A DNA stretch of 41,772 nucleotides, from the NCBI GenBank assembly GCA_030141605.1, contig JAQGDQ010001424.1:1-41772 (forward strand). Reading direction: 5' to 3'. The DNA comes from Tubiluchus corallicola (lineage: Eukaryota; Animalia; Priapulida). Position numbers and translations under genes: made by a program. The notes below the pieces were generated by a model. It did no database searches and was not told the DNA's origin. It saw nothing but the letters and a program-made list of their open reading frames with translations. Shown here piece after piece: positions 1-11,729 of the stretch. How positions within the stretch are numbered: the stretch's first letter is position 1; every line of letters starts with the position of its first letter.

Positions 1-911
1 CTAGTGTGGACTTTTCTGCACTGACTAATATTATGGAGAGCAACCATTCATCTCAAGTGCTACAAACTTTTCAAAATTAGTAGTGGATTTATTAATGTTT
101 ACTATTCATTATTATCAAACTGAAATGTATAACCACTTTTCCAATGGTATAAAGTTAGTACAATTATTTTATTTTATATGCTAATATGATCCACCTGTGA
201 TAAATTCTTGACGAAAACAGTATGGATGGACTGTAAATTTTATAATTTTCTGCTACCCAGTTTTTGTATTAGTAATTGTATTTATAGTCAATAAACTATA
301 CTACTACTAACCATTTCTGATAGAAGTAAAAACTGGTGACGCTATGCCAAAGGACAAGGGTGCAAGGAAGGTGTTTTAGGTTTTTTTAACCTGCGTTCAA
401 ACAATCGTGCTCGCGCGTTTTTGCGTCACTTGATACTTTAAGTATTCTACACTGGGTGGCGACACTAGTGCAGAAACGGAAAGAATTAATTATCGCGCAC
501 AAGATCAAGTCAACCAGAAATTTTAGTCACGCTGAAGAGAGCTCAAACAGCCAACGAGATGCTTGCAAAAGTGAATGAAATAGTGCTGCCATCTATGATT
601 CAACATTGATATCACACAGTTCAAAACTATTGAGAATAGAACAGAGCATTCAGTAAAAAAAAGTGGACGACTTCGGAACAGTATCTGGGTCACCTAAACG
701 ATGTACATAAACTATATTGAAGTAAAAAAACAGTATTAGTAATAAAGCCATTGGCTTTCTAAACCAATTATTTTCAAAATACTGCTGCTTGGTCTTTGAT
801 CATTATGGCGAGCGCCATCTGCCCGCTATTGTTCGTACTAAGCTTAACAACAAATTTATCTAAACATGACATCAGCAATACAAACAAGACATCAGCAATA
901 CAAGACATTAA

Positions 912-1091
912 TTAACCGGATGCTGTAAGTATTTTATAAAGATCCTCATCGTCCATACAGCCCTGCATAAATTCCTTCTCCTCCACTTGACCGTCTCCAT
1001 CTCTATCCATCCGGGCAAAGATCCGGCGAGCACGCGTCTCCGCATTCTCCTGTAGTTTGCAAACATCAGCACCCAACATGTCATAGATTGC
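912..1091 (-). CDS. ncs-2: Neuronal calcium sensor 2-like, coding exon 3 (EF4 and stop)
   Basis: TTTGACAG acceptor (AG at 1093-1092). Encodes AIYDMLGADVCKLQENAETRARRIFARMDRDGDGQVEEKEFMQGCMDDEDLYKILTASG* with TAA at 914-912. This is a different frame from the listed 908..1150 ORF. 'QAIYDMLG' and 'EF..GC..D..L..IL' are typical of invertebrate NCS-2. Confidence 0.95.
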   Translation of the reverse strand, partial: AIYDMLGADVCKLQENAETRARRIFARMDRDGDGQVEEKEFMQGCMDDEDLYKILTASG

Positions 1092-1268
1092 CTGTCAAAC
1101 AATTCATTAGATTCATTAGATGAATTCGTCAGATTCATTATTAGGATCACTTAAATTACACCAATAACAAACTCATTGTCGTCATCGTCACCATAGTCGT
1201 CATTTTTTTTCGTCACTGTTTCCCAATAGGATAGCTTTTCACTTTGAAATTCCCCTTTACTCCACTTA

Positions 1269-1376
1269 AACTATGGACATATCACGTTGAAAACACCGGT
1301 TCTCGTCTGATCACCGAACCGAAGTTGAGCAACGTAGAGCCTGGTTAGTACTTGGATGGGTGACCGCCTAGGAATA
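1269..1376 (+). pseudogene. 5S rRNA pseudogene (3' end diverged or truncated) in intron 2 of ncs-2, antisense to the gene
   Basis: CATATCACGTTGAAAACACCGGTTCTCGTC...GAAGTTGAGCAACGT...GGTTAGTACTTGGATGGGTGACCGCC..GGAATA matches metazoan 5S rRNA, including boxes A and C. It has a 5-nt CCGAA duplication (1314-1323), and similarity ends at about 1376. Confidence 0.88.
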
Positions 1377-1717
1377 TTGCGTAGTCAAATTAGTTTGTTA
1401 GCTATTTTGCTTTTAATTAGTTAGTTTTTACCATAGAACTCTACTTTACTAATTTTGTTTTCACTCTGTTTTGCGTAAATTTGCATAATTTTATTTATCA
1501 TAATTGTTTGCTATTAATTTAATTTTGATTTATTTTCCTATTCAAATCTTTATTTTGTTCTAACAATATTTGCTCGCCATGCTGAAATTAGTAGACTCAC
1601 TATTTAGAGATGACAGACTAGATGACCTTTTGGTCTTTCACCAACCCGCCCTTCTTTAATCTTTGTAAATCATTGTTATATACTATCTATGATTGTTATT
1701 TTGAAGGCAAAAAATAA

Positions 1718-1926
<209 letters not shown>

Positions 1927-2111
1927 GTTTGACGCAAACCATAGAGGCGTTGCTGTTTTTGTCAGAGGAGCCCAGGAAGTCAATAAGTAGACTTTAGTAC
2001 CTGTTTTTAAGCATCAATCTTTACAGAATAGATACCTTACAGAGCAACTACCTGGTAATTTTTCTTTTTGTGAAAAAGCTAGCAGTTAGCCGTACAGTGA
2101 CTATCTTAAAA

Positions 2112-2353
2112 ATGAGTACTATATATGAGCACTTATATATATATTTATGCGTACTTATAAATGAGTACTATATGTGAGTACTTATATGAGTACTTATATG
2201 TATATTTATGAGTACTTATAAATGAGTACTATATATGAGTACTTATATATATATATTTATGCATACTTATAAATGAGTACTATATGTGAGTACTTATATG
2301 AGTACTTATATGTATATTTATGAGTACTTATAAATGAGTACTATATATGAGTA

Positions 2354-2426
<73 letters not shown>

Positions 2427-2599
2427 GAGTACTTATAAATGAGTACTATATGTGAGTACTTATATGAGTACTTATATATATATATATATTTATGAGTACT
2501 TATAAATGAGTACTATATGTGAGTACTTATATGAGTACTATGTATGAGTACTTATATATATATTTATGAGTACTTATCAATGAGTACTATATATGAGTA

Positions 2600-2656
<57 letters not shown>

Positions 2657-2690
2657 GAGTACTATATATGAGTACTATATGAGCCTTATA
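2112..2690. repeat. AT-rich composite minisatellite (ATGAGTACT(T)ATA units with embedded (AT)n)
   Basis: Many TGAGTACT cores separated by variable TA tracts. Confidence 0.93.
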
Positions 2691-2794
2691 TCTTATAATG
2701 AGTTACAATTGTGACTAATAAAATATAAGAACCTCTCTTCACCAAAAGTTAGAAGTGCGAGCAGTAGTAAAGGGTAACTTGCATAAGCATAAAA

Positions 2795-3068
2795 TATCCA
2801 GCTAGTTGTAATGCGTCTGCTTTCCGTCTGGAAGGTCGTGAGTTCGAACCAGCGGCCGGGCCATACCAAAGACTTTAAAACTGGTACCTGCTGTTGACCT
2901 GCCTGACGCGTGGTATTTAGGGTAAAAGTGGGGTAATAATAGTCTCTGTTATGCAGTTGTAGGTTGTTATTTACAGTCGGCGATAATAGCTCTTTGAGCT
3001 AATGTTAATTGTTGACCCAAAAGCCGACTTTAAAATAAAAATTATTATTATTATTGTTATTATTATTA
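2795..3068 (+). mobile_element. tRNA-derived SINE, probably Meta-domain type, with (TTA)n tail
   Basis: tRNA-like head with B-box AGTTCGAACC (2841-2850). Followed by CATACCAAAGACTTTAAAACTGGTACCTGCTG, which resembles the MetaSINE central domain as I recall it. The 3' end has AATAAA then (TTA)n. The 5' boundary is approximate. Confidence 0.65.
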
Positions 3069-3115
3069 GGACCATTAAGCATGCCATTAATACCTCTCTG
3101 ACTCTGCATTTTTAC

Positions 3116-3388
3116 CTGTATAATTCTGATCATCTCATTTAGCTCTATTGTACCGCTGTTATCCATGTCGTACATTTTGAAAGCCAGCTTTAGTTTTTGC
3201 TCAGGTGTGCCGCTAGATGTCACGTTGATGGCCAACAAGAATTCGGTGAAATCTATCGTTCCTGAGTTGTCCTGATCGAACGTGCGAAATACTTGGTCAC
3301 AGAACGAATCTGCGTTGCCCGACGGAAAGAATTGAGCGTACACTTCTATAAACTTCTTCCTCGACAGGGTACCGTTCGGACAATCTTG
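3116..3388 (-). CDS. ncs-2: Neuronal calcium sensor 2-like, coding exon 2 (EF1-EF3)
   Basis: T-rich tract and AG acceptor at 3390-3389. 91 codons, [13 protein letters not shown]...[17 protein letters not shown]...[20 protein letters not shown]: an inactive CPxG EF1 plus canonical EF2 and EF3 loops. CAG|GTAAAA donor at 3115-3114, phase 0. Confidence 0.96.
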
Positions 3389-3585
3389 CTAAAAATAATT
3401 AAAAAAAACTTGTCAAGGTAACACGACAATGGCTACACCACAACAGGAGACATTTAAATTGGCCGGAATTTGGTGTTCGACCGCTTCGACCTCTATCGTC
3501 AAACCGGACCAGGTGCAAACTAAGCAAATAAAGCTTTGTGGAATCCTATGCCCGATTTACACGACTGTAAACATTGATTTACATT

Positions 3586-3631
3586 CAGGGCCTATTTCAG
3601 GGGGGCGAGTGGGGATACTTCCCCGGGGCCT
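3586..3631 (-). mobile_element. Solo terminal fragment of the hAT-type MITE family
   Basis: CAGGGCCTATTTCAGGGGGG...GGGGATACTTCCCCGGGGCCT matches one end of the copies at 20119 and 31660-32060. Confidence 0.8.
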
Positions 3632-4387
3632 GCAAATAGAAGCGTATCTGTAATTATTTTATTTATTTTCAATAAAAGATTTATAATCATCATCATCGTC
3701 ATCGTCATCATCATCATCATCAATCATCATCATCATCGTCAATTATTTCCTACATACGCTGAGTGATCCACCTGACTGAGCAGCACGTCTGAGATGGTGA
3801 TGTTGCACCCAGTAAAACAATTATTTGCTGGAACTGTTTGCTTAGTTTAGTACATTGATCAAGACATCTTATGCATTCCACACGATGCCTAGGTAATGTA
3901 TAAAATGGCTAGGAAAAGTTCAAATTAAGACAAATTATGCATATTTTGCACTTTGCCAAAGATACTTTTCGTATTATATATAGATCCTAGCTATTATACA
4001 GAAAATTGGTAAATTGTGAAAGAACTGAATCAAAAATATTATTTAACACTTTTTCCAAAATGGATAGGTGTTATATGAAATGCCTAGAAATTTCGTAAAA
4101 TAATCTTTATTTGCCATTAAAATACATTGATAATCACTGATAAAAACTTTTCAGAGATGATCAATCAGTGTTAGTTAATAAAAACTTACACTGCTTAAGG
4201 CAAATGCGTCAGTGCAATCTAACCTACTGTGCAGTAATGGAAAGTAACGACGAATAAAATCAAACCACTTCTCTAAATTTTACACGTGTTATACAAGCCT
4301 TGTAAAAAAATTTGATCTACAAAATACTGAATTAAAGATTACGAGGACTGCATGAAATTCCAGTTTAAAATGAGTAAAATAACTTAC

Positions 4388-4501
4388 GACGAAACCTCTG
4401 TGCCATTCTCGTATTTGGTCTTCACTAAAATTTGTGTTTTTCTTCAAAAAGTCAAGCTCTTCGCTAGTAAGCTTTTGCTGCTTTGTCATAGCCTTTCCCA
4501 T
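4388..4501 (-). CDS. ncs-2: Neuronal calcium sensor 2-like (recoverin/NCS family), coding exon 1 of 3
   Basis: ATG at 4501-4499 in good context (ACA ATG G). Encodes [38 protein letters not shown], with an MGxxxT/SK myristoylation motif and the NCS 'T.F...I.EW..GF' motif. GTAAGT donor at 4387-4382, phase 0. Confidence 0.95.
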
Positions 4502-4721
4502 TGTGATTTCTCTTAAAAAGTATCACTAAAATCTGTTATCACTCAATAAATTAAATGGAATAACACTAAGAAATTTGGGCTGGAGAGCAGATGTTAGGTA
4601 TGACACCTTAAGGTAAATTTTATTATTATAATTCTTTATTTTTAAAAACTATGTACAGAATACATTCCCTCTATTTGTAGGGATATGTCTAAAATTTCTA
4701 AAAGCATTTACAAAGTATTAA

Positions 4722-4725
<4 letters not shown>

Positions 4726-4796
<71 letters not shown>
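4726..4796. repeat. (CA)n microsatellite
   Basis: Direct observation. Confidence 0.97.
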
Positions 4797-4802
<6 letters not shown>

Positions 4803-5348
4803 ATTTAGAATCCAACGCATGAGACAGATTGAACAACAACGATCACATACAATAGACATAGTTACAAATTATAATCCAACACTACATACATACATACATA
4901 ATAAAAGATAACGAACACATTTTAATACTTAGTAACAAAAATTTACACACATTATACACAATGAAAAACAGCGAGTACAATTATAATAAACATAATAACC
5001 AATTCTGATGTAAATTCACATAATCATAAATAAAAACAAAACAGCATATAGAAAACACGACGAGAGTTGTAAAATTTCATCACCAACAGACTGTTTATAT
5101 AAACAAACAGTTAAGCAGACAGTTAAGGTAAAGGTCCAGGAAGTCTTGGTACGGAGTGGTTACAGTTAATGGCTCCTCAAAAAACTAAGCAAAACACTGC
5201 TGGTAAAACGAAACAAAGCAAAGTGGTCAATGAAATTCTCCTTGGGAAAAATTCCTGGATCATTCCTGAACATTAGATCACTATAACATTACGATAACGT
5301 CGCGCACTCGCAAGATTAAACTGTTTACAATGATATTCTTGCAAAACG

Positions 5349-5381
5349 TGACGTCATCATGAAGTAATTTTAGTTACGTCA
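5349..5381. promoter_or_regulatory. Candidate cAMP-response elements (TGACGTCA plus TTACGTCA)
   Basis: Full CRE palindrome at 5349-5356 and a one-mismatch site at 5374-5381, about 850 bp upstream of the ncs-2 ATG. Confidence 0.45.
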
Positions 5382-6098
5382 GCCTAACCGTGTGAAGCAC
5401 GTGATGCTCGATTTACATTACAAAATTTTAGTTTTGAAAAAAAACGTTTCTAGACTTTTGTAAATATACCAATAAACGTTACTGCCTGTTAATGTGCAGG
5501 AAAATAGTTTCTTCATAGTTTTATTGAAATTTTTACCTGTGTAATTATCAAATTTCAAGCAGCCTAGAGAAATTTCTTCAGCTCAAACAAGCTTGTCATG
5601 AGTCTGGAAACCTAAAACTATTTAAATTTGTCGGAAACGTAATTTATCGAACTGAACCGAAAGATTTACTTTCCTGTGCGTAAAAAAGAGAAATGTATGT
5701 ATACAATTAGTGGCTATAGGCTGTAGCGACTCAAAGCCCTGTTAAGATGATTTATTTCGGTGATTCTTCATAACCAACCCGTAAGAAGCTGTTACTATGA
5801 ACATATATATTCATTATAGCTGTTACGTATGCCTATTTTCTCACCTATGTGCACTTAAGCTATGCCAAATTAAAGTCATATTTATATAGTGTAAAATGAT
5901 ATTTATAACTACTTCATTTACAATTTGAACCTCATATTAAAGGACAAGAAAAGGGTACCTGAAGTAGGTTTCAGAAAAATCGCTTTGAAAAATTATAATA
6001 ATTTATAGCAATTTTATGCGCATATCTTACTCGCACTGAAAGGAATTTTAGTTTGTTTTCATTTTAAATCTCCTGCAATACTGTTCCGAAGTCGCCAT

Positions 6099-6114
6099 TA
6101 CATGACGTCATGTA
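6099..6114. promoter_or_regulatory. Candidate CRE inside a perfect 16-bp palindrome
   Basis: TACATGACGTCATGTA. Confidence 0.45.
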
Positions 6115-7189
6115 CCACAACGTAAATCAAGGGAAGAAAAAGCAATGTTAAATTATGTCTCAAAAGACTTTCCTTGCAAATCTATATTACTTAGATTTTC
6201 GCTTACCTGCTAGAAAGACTTATGTAACTAGAAAAGAAAATTATTAATTATTTAAAATGTTTTCACCAATTGGTAAAATATCGCTGACTCACCCTCCAGG
6301 GTGCACCACTCACTAACGAAAAAACGTATTTTTAATCTTATTGACAAGATACAGTAATTTTAAATTTTATTTAGTTAGTGACTTGTTCGCTACGAATGCT
6401 GTGATTATTTTTTCAAACTTTAAAAAATGTTATCTAAACTTGTTTCAAATGACCTGTCGTGAAAATGGCTGCGTCTAGCAGTCATCGGGGGTGTTTAAAT
6501 TTACATGTTTTATACAGCGTGACTGCCAATTGAAGTCCTGCATGTAAAAATGCAGTATGTAAGCGATATAAAATTTCAAAACGAATTTTTCAAGCTTTAC
6601 GTTTATGAAGGGTTTTCTTGTGCTTTAACCATAATGTAACGTTTTTGCTAATATATGTAACATTATAATTATCATTTTCATCATCACCAGGGCAATAATG
6701 ATATCATGAGTTTAAATCTTTGTTCCTTTCTCTTCTGCTCCTCAAAATTCTGTATCGACACAATGGCCACCATAAAGCTTTAAGAATTAGACAGCCTTTA
6801 ACTAAACATGATCGTGATACTTAACCTTAGGGGGCGCTTCTTTTACGATGCTTAAAAATGATGAGCAACTCGTCTATGGAATTTCGCCAGAGCAGGTTTT
6901 CTATAATTAACAGCTATCTGAGCAGAAATGCAAGCAGCAACAAATCTTTCCCCGAGTCGATTTCGTAGTTTTTGCGCGTAGGTACACTATAAGTTTGTCT
7001 TTTCCATTCACGTTACCTGCGACTACTGTCCTTGAGAAAAATTTATTGTAAAGTCAACACTTTTATATACTTGTTTTTGATATCAGAGGCACATCAAGAG
7101 AACATTGCACTCCGACTTTACGTTAACTAGCAGCGAGCTGTTCCGATTCGATGTTTTCAATGAGACAGTGAACGCCGTAATGACTGTGT

Positions 7190-8443
7190 AAACTGAGTTA
7201 AGTTCTCATACTCATTAAACTGCGATGTTTCTCAAACGTTTCAAACTGAGTTGTTTCTTAAACTCTTCAAACTGAGCTGTTTCTCAAACGTTTTAAACTA
7301 AATTGTTTCTCAAACTCTTCAAACTGAGCTGTTTCTCAAACGTTTTAAACTGAGTTGTTTCTTAAACTCTTCAAACTGAGCTGTTTCTCAAACGTTTTAA
7401 ACTAAATTGTTTCTCAAACTCTTCAAACTGAGCTGTTTCTCAAACGTTTCAAACTGAGCTGTTTCTCAAACGTTTCAAATTGAGTTGTTTCCAACACTCT
7501 TCAAACTGAATTGTTTCCAAACTCCTCAAACTGGGTATTTCTCTAACTCTTCAATTTGAGTATTTTCTCAAACTCATCAAACTAAAATATTCTCCAACTC
7601 TTCAAACTGAGTTGTTTTGCAAACTCTTCAAACGGAGTTGTTTCCCAAACTCTTCAAACTGAGTTGTTTCTCAAACTCTTCAAACTAAGTTGTTTCTCAA
7701 ACTCTTCAAACTGAGTTGTTTCTCAAACTCCTCAAACTGGGTATTTCTCTAACTCTTCAATTTGAGTATTTTCTCAAACTCATCAAACTAAAATATTCTC
7801 CAACTCTTCAAACTGAGTTGTTTTTCAAATTCTTCAAACTGAGTTGTTTCTCAAACTCTTCAAACTGAGTTGTTTCTCAAACTCTTCAAACTAAATTGTT
7901 TCTCAAACTCTTCAAACTGTGTTGTTTCTCAAACTCTTCAAACTAAATTGTTTCTCAAACTCTTCAAACTGTGTTGTTTCTCAAACTCTTCAAACTAAAT
8001 TGTTTCTCAAACTCTTCAAACTGAGTTGTTTCTCAAACTCTTCAAACTAAGTTGTTTCTCAAACTCTTCAAACTAAGTTGTTTCTCAAACTCTTCAAACA
8101 AAGTTGTTTCTCAAACTCTTCAAACTGAGTTGTTTCTCAAACTCTTCAAACTGAGTTGTTTCTCACACTCTTCAAACAAAGTTGTTTCTCAAACTCTTCA
8201 AACTGAGTTGTTTCTCAAACTCTTCAAACAAAGTTGTTTCCCAAACTCTTCAAACTGAGTTGTTTCTCAAACTCTTCAAACTAAGTTGTTTCTCAAACTC
8301 ATCAAACTAAGTTGTTTCTCAAACTCTTCAAACAAAGTTGTTTCTCAAACTCTTCAATCTAAGTTGTTTCTCAAATTCTTCAAACTAAGTTGTTTCTCAA
8401 ACTCTTCAAACTGAGTTGTTTCTCAAACTCTTCAAACTGAGTT
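7190..8443. repeat. 26-bp minisatellite (TTCAAACTGAGTTGTTTCTCAAACTC), roughly 48 units
   Basis: Clear 26-bp period, diverged on the left and homogeneous on the right. Confidence 0.96.
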
Positions 8444-9261
8444 ATTAACTATTGTAGTTATATAGCTTTATACGCCATGAATTCCTTTAACTGGGCAAGC
8501 AAGAGAAAGAAAGAGAAAAGATCAAGAGGCTGTGCAAGGGAAGAGGGAAAATAGGCAAGACACAAAAAAAATCATAGCCCAAAAAAATCTAAGTGAAATT
8601 TGTTAATCTGCAATATTGAAAATTAAAAAATAAGAATTGCCTTTTACTCATTAGCAGGTAAATTCTACCTGATCCAGTACTAGAATATATGATATTTATA
8701 GACAGCTCAGATTGCAACCCTATTGGTTTTACATTTTCATAATTTTTTTATTAAAATACCTTCTACAAATATTAAGATCTTACCTGCTAGATTATTGGAA
8801 GCTGTAGAGGAAAGTTCAAGACACTCGAAGACCCAGCCCCTAACACAGCGCCTGTGCAGTACTGACGCAGTAACACCAAATTCTATGCACTGTAGTAACC
8901 AGTCCAGAGACATAAAACTGCTTTGCGTTAAGCCGGAGGGTTAAGATTTTACTCCTAGTTGACATTCCAAGGACATCACAGTTGCCTGGAGCTTACTGAC
9001 AGGTAAAGTCATACGCGAGAAGATGTACAGGTCTATGTGTTAGAAACTCATTGTTATGGAGTGCATAAAATTAACATACAATAGTATAAACAAGCTATTA
9101 AACTGTGATTAAAATACGATACAGTACGGCGTGCGAGACTGGCATAATGCCAATAATAAAACATTTTTAAAAAATTATGCTCTATTTACGTAATCAACAG
9201 TCAAATTTAGAAGGAAGAAGACTCTAAAAAATTGTGAATTAATCGGTATTCGATCAATCGA

Positions 9262-9699
9262 GATTAAAACCTAGTGGTTGTGGTTTTACGCAGCACGTTC
9301 TACCCATTGCTATCAACTTATGGACAAGCAGGTCCTAATTCTCATACTAGTCAGCATGCAAATAGTCAGAGCCATCTATCCATAGTCAAGAGAAACTTAT
9401 TTACTAAGCTGCGACTTGGTTTCAGGCAAGCGCTCTAGCCAGGAGAGCTCTCAACCCATGGCAAGGCAGACCGGGTTCCCATTATGATACTAGTCAGCAT
9501 GCAAATAGTCAGAGCCATCTATCCATAGTCAAGAGAAACTAATTTACTAAGCTGCCACTTGGTTTCAGGCAAGCGCTCTGGCCAGGAGAGCTGTCAAACC
9601 ATGATGGCAAGGCAGCCCGAGTTCCCATTATTATACTAGTCAGCATGCAAACGGTCAGAGCCATCTATCCATAATCAAGAGAAACTAATTTACTAAGCT
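9262..9699 (-). repeat. ~143-146-bp tandem repeat with tRNA-like units
   Basis: ATACTAGTCAGCATGCAAA recurs at 9344, 9487 and 9633. A further diverged partial unit lies at about 9262-9343. Confidence 0.85.
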
Positions 9700-10151
9700 A
9701 CTATAATTGAGCTCACAAATAATAAATTCACCTAGCACTAGACCCTAGTACACAATAATCAACAGTGAAATTTAGCAGAAAGTTTTTAAGCGTCCATTTT
9801 GCTAGCAATTAAGCCTGAAGATAGATATTAAAAAAGTCCTGAATAACCCTATGTAGGCCCATGTTTTATATTGAATTCGCGTTAATACATTTAAAAACAA
9901 TTAATGAATTACAAATTGCGATATGAATGTATCACACAGTACAAAGTTTATCCTATAATACGTTTCGTCGCGATACCTTTTAAACATTGATGCTTCTATT
10001 TACGCGACGTAGTGCTTTGGTTTACTTTTCATCCATAGATGGCGCCAAAAACCTAAGAAAAGGAAACTCTTCTCTCTGTCTGTCAAATTCGCATCAAAGA
10101 CCCCGTGTTACAATATATGAATACAAAGAAGTTGACATCCTTTCATATTTC

Positions 10152-10193
<42 letters not shown>

Positions 10194-10474
10194 GCTATAC
10201 TTGCATATCTTCTATACTTAAATGTGGGAATAAACAGGCAGAATTTGACACAATCAGTTATTATTCCTTCCCGCTAGGTACCGCCACCAACAACAGGAAC
10301 ACTATGTTTCATTCCCAAAATTTATTTATTTATTAATTACAGCAATTTACGCTCATTAAAGCCTACAGCAAGTTATAACATACAAGCTACAGATGTTAGC
10401 CTAAATTTTATACTGGTAATTTTTTATTTATTTACTGCATAATCTCGAAGTAAGCTCATTCTGACGTATTAATC

Positions 10475-10475
10475 T

Positions 10476-10562
<87 letters not shown>

Positions 10563-10683
10563 CTCATTTATTGATTTATTTATTTATTCATTCATTCATT
10601 CATTCATTCATTCATTCATTCATTCATTCATTCATTCATTCATTCATTCATTCAATCATTTATTTATTCATTCATTCATTCAT

Positions 10684-10714
<31 letters not shown>
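10475..10714. repeat. Compound (TTTA)n/(TTCA)n microsatellite
   Basis: Direct observation. Confidence 0.97.
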
Positions 10715-11399
10715 TAAATAATCTAATTTATAAGCAAATCGAAAAACAACGAAATATCATATTTGTTACACAATTTGCCTTAATACTTGTTACTTGTTTT
10801 TCTCACTTGCTTGAAAACATCACCTTGTTTGCGTTTACGGGGTATATTGTTGTTTTATTATGCAAAACGCAGACACATAATTAAACTGCGGGCTCACAAC
10901 TAAATGAATTGTTACGGCGCATGCGTACAACTGATCAGCACTCCGGCTAATACAGCATTCAATTTGGCGCAATCGGCTTAAGCAAAAGCCTTGCTAATTG
11001 AGAAAATAATTAAATTCATGGTAACAGCGCAAATGTTCAGAACAGTAAAAAGACTAATCAGCTGACTTCATTTAATAGGTATCTCTTTAGCATGGAATTT
11101 TAAAATTGCACACGCAGTTAATGAGTTGGATAGCAATAACTTGCGCAAAATCAATGATTTTCTTATTGGATAGCATTAGGCAATAAGTCAATGATCCATA
11201 AACAGTACTCATGTAAATTATTTCACTGCTTAAATATGTGATCGCGTCGTTAAGTGAGACATCATTAGCAAATTAATGCATTTGTATGTATCTTCTACGT
11301 ATAAATAAGTGAAATATTTCCGAGGAATTTAAGTAGTTTTTGAAAGAAAAACCTCTAAGCATTTCGTCTACATAACCATAGAAATGTTAGACCAAGTCT

Positions 11400-11414
11400 C
11401 CAGCAGATGGCAGC
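11400..11414 (+). promoter_or_regulatory. CTCF-like motif
   Basis: CCAGCAGATGGCAGC closely fits the CTCF core consensus. Motif only; no binding data. Confidence 0.4.
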
Positions 11415-11729
11415 GCACAATCATCTCGTCTCGCAAACACGTGGAGCTAAAGATTCGTTTCACGTTTCTTCGAAAGTTCTTCTGTATAAGTCTTCTTTCC
11501 AGACTTCATTTTACGCAAAAAATTCAGGAATTGCTTTTTAAATGTCATTTCTTCCGTTTTGTTTATAAGTCAGATACGTTTCATTGTACAAGTATCATTA
11601 AAATTTAATTTTAGATTAAAGAACGCAGGCAGTTATTATTAGTAAAAATACTTACATATTTTTATGTACAAATCAGTGTTGTGGACCCAGAATCTAGCAT
11701 TCAGCAGTAGGGGTTTATGTACTGCTTAA

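Noticed and set aside
88-173. Minus-strand AATAAA at 173-168 and 93-88 as the ncs-2 poly(A) signal
   Set aside because: Plausible, but indistinguishable from chance in AT-rich DNA without transcript data.
531-552. CTGAAGAGAGCTCAAAC as a minimal hammerhead ribozyme
   Set aside because: Lacks the invariant GAAA core and convincing stems I and III.
908-1150. Listed 80-aa ORF
   Set aside because: Wrong frame; the overlapping frame 1091-912 is the real EF4 exon.
1935-1995. STY/DFLGSSDK stretch as a possible ncs-2 exon 3
   Set aside because: It needs a frameshift, and a clean exon 3 exists at 1091-912.
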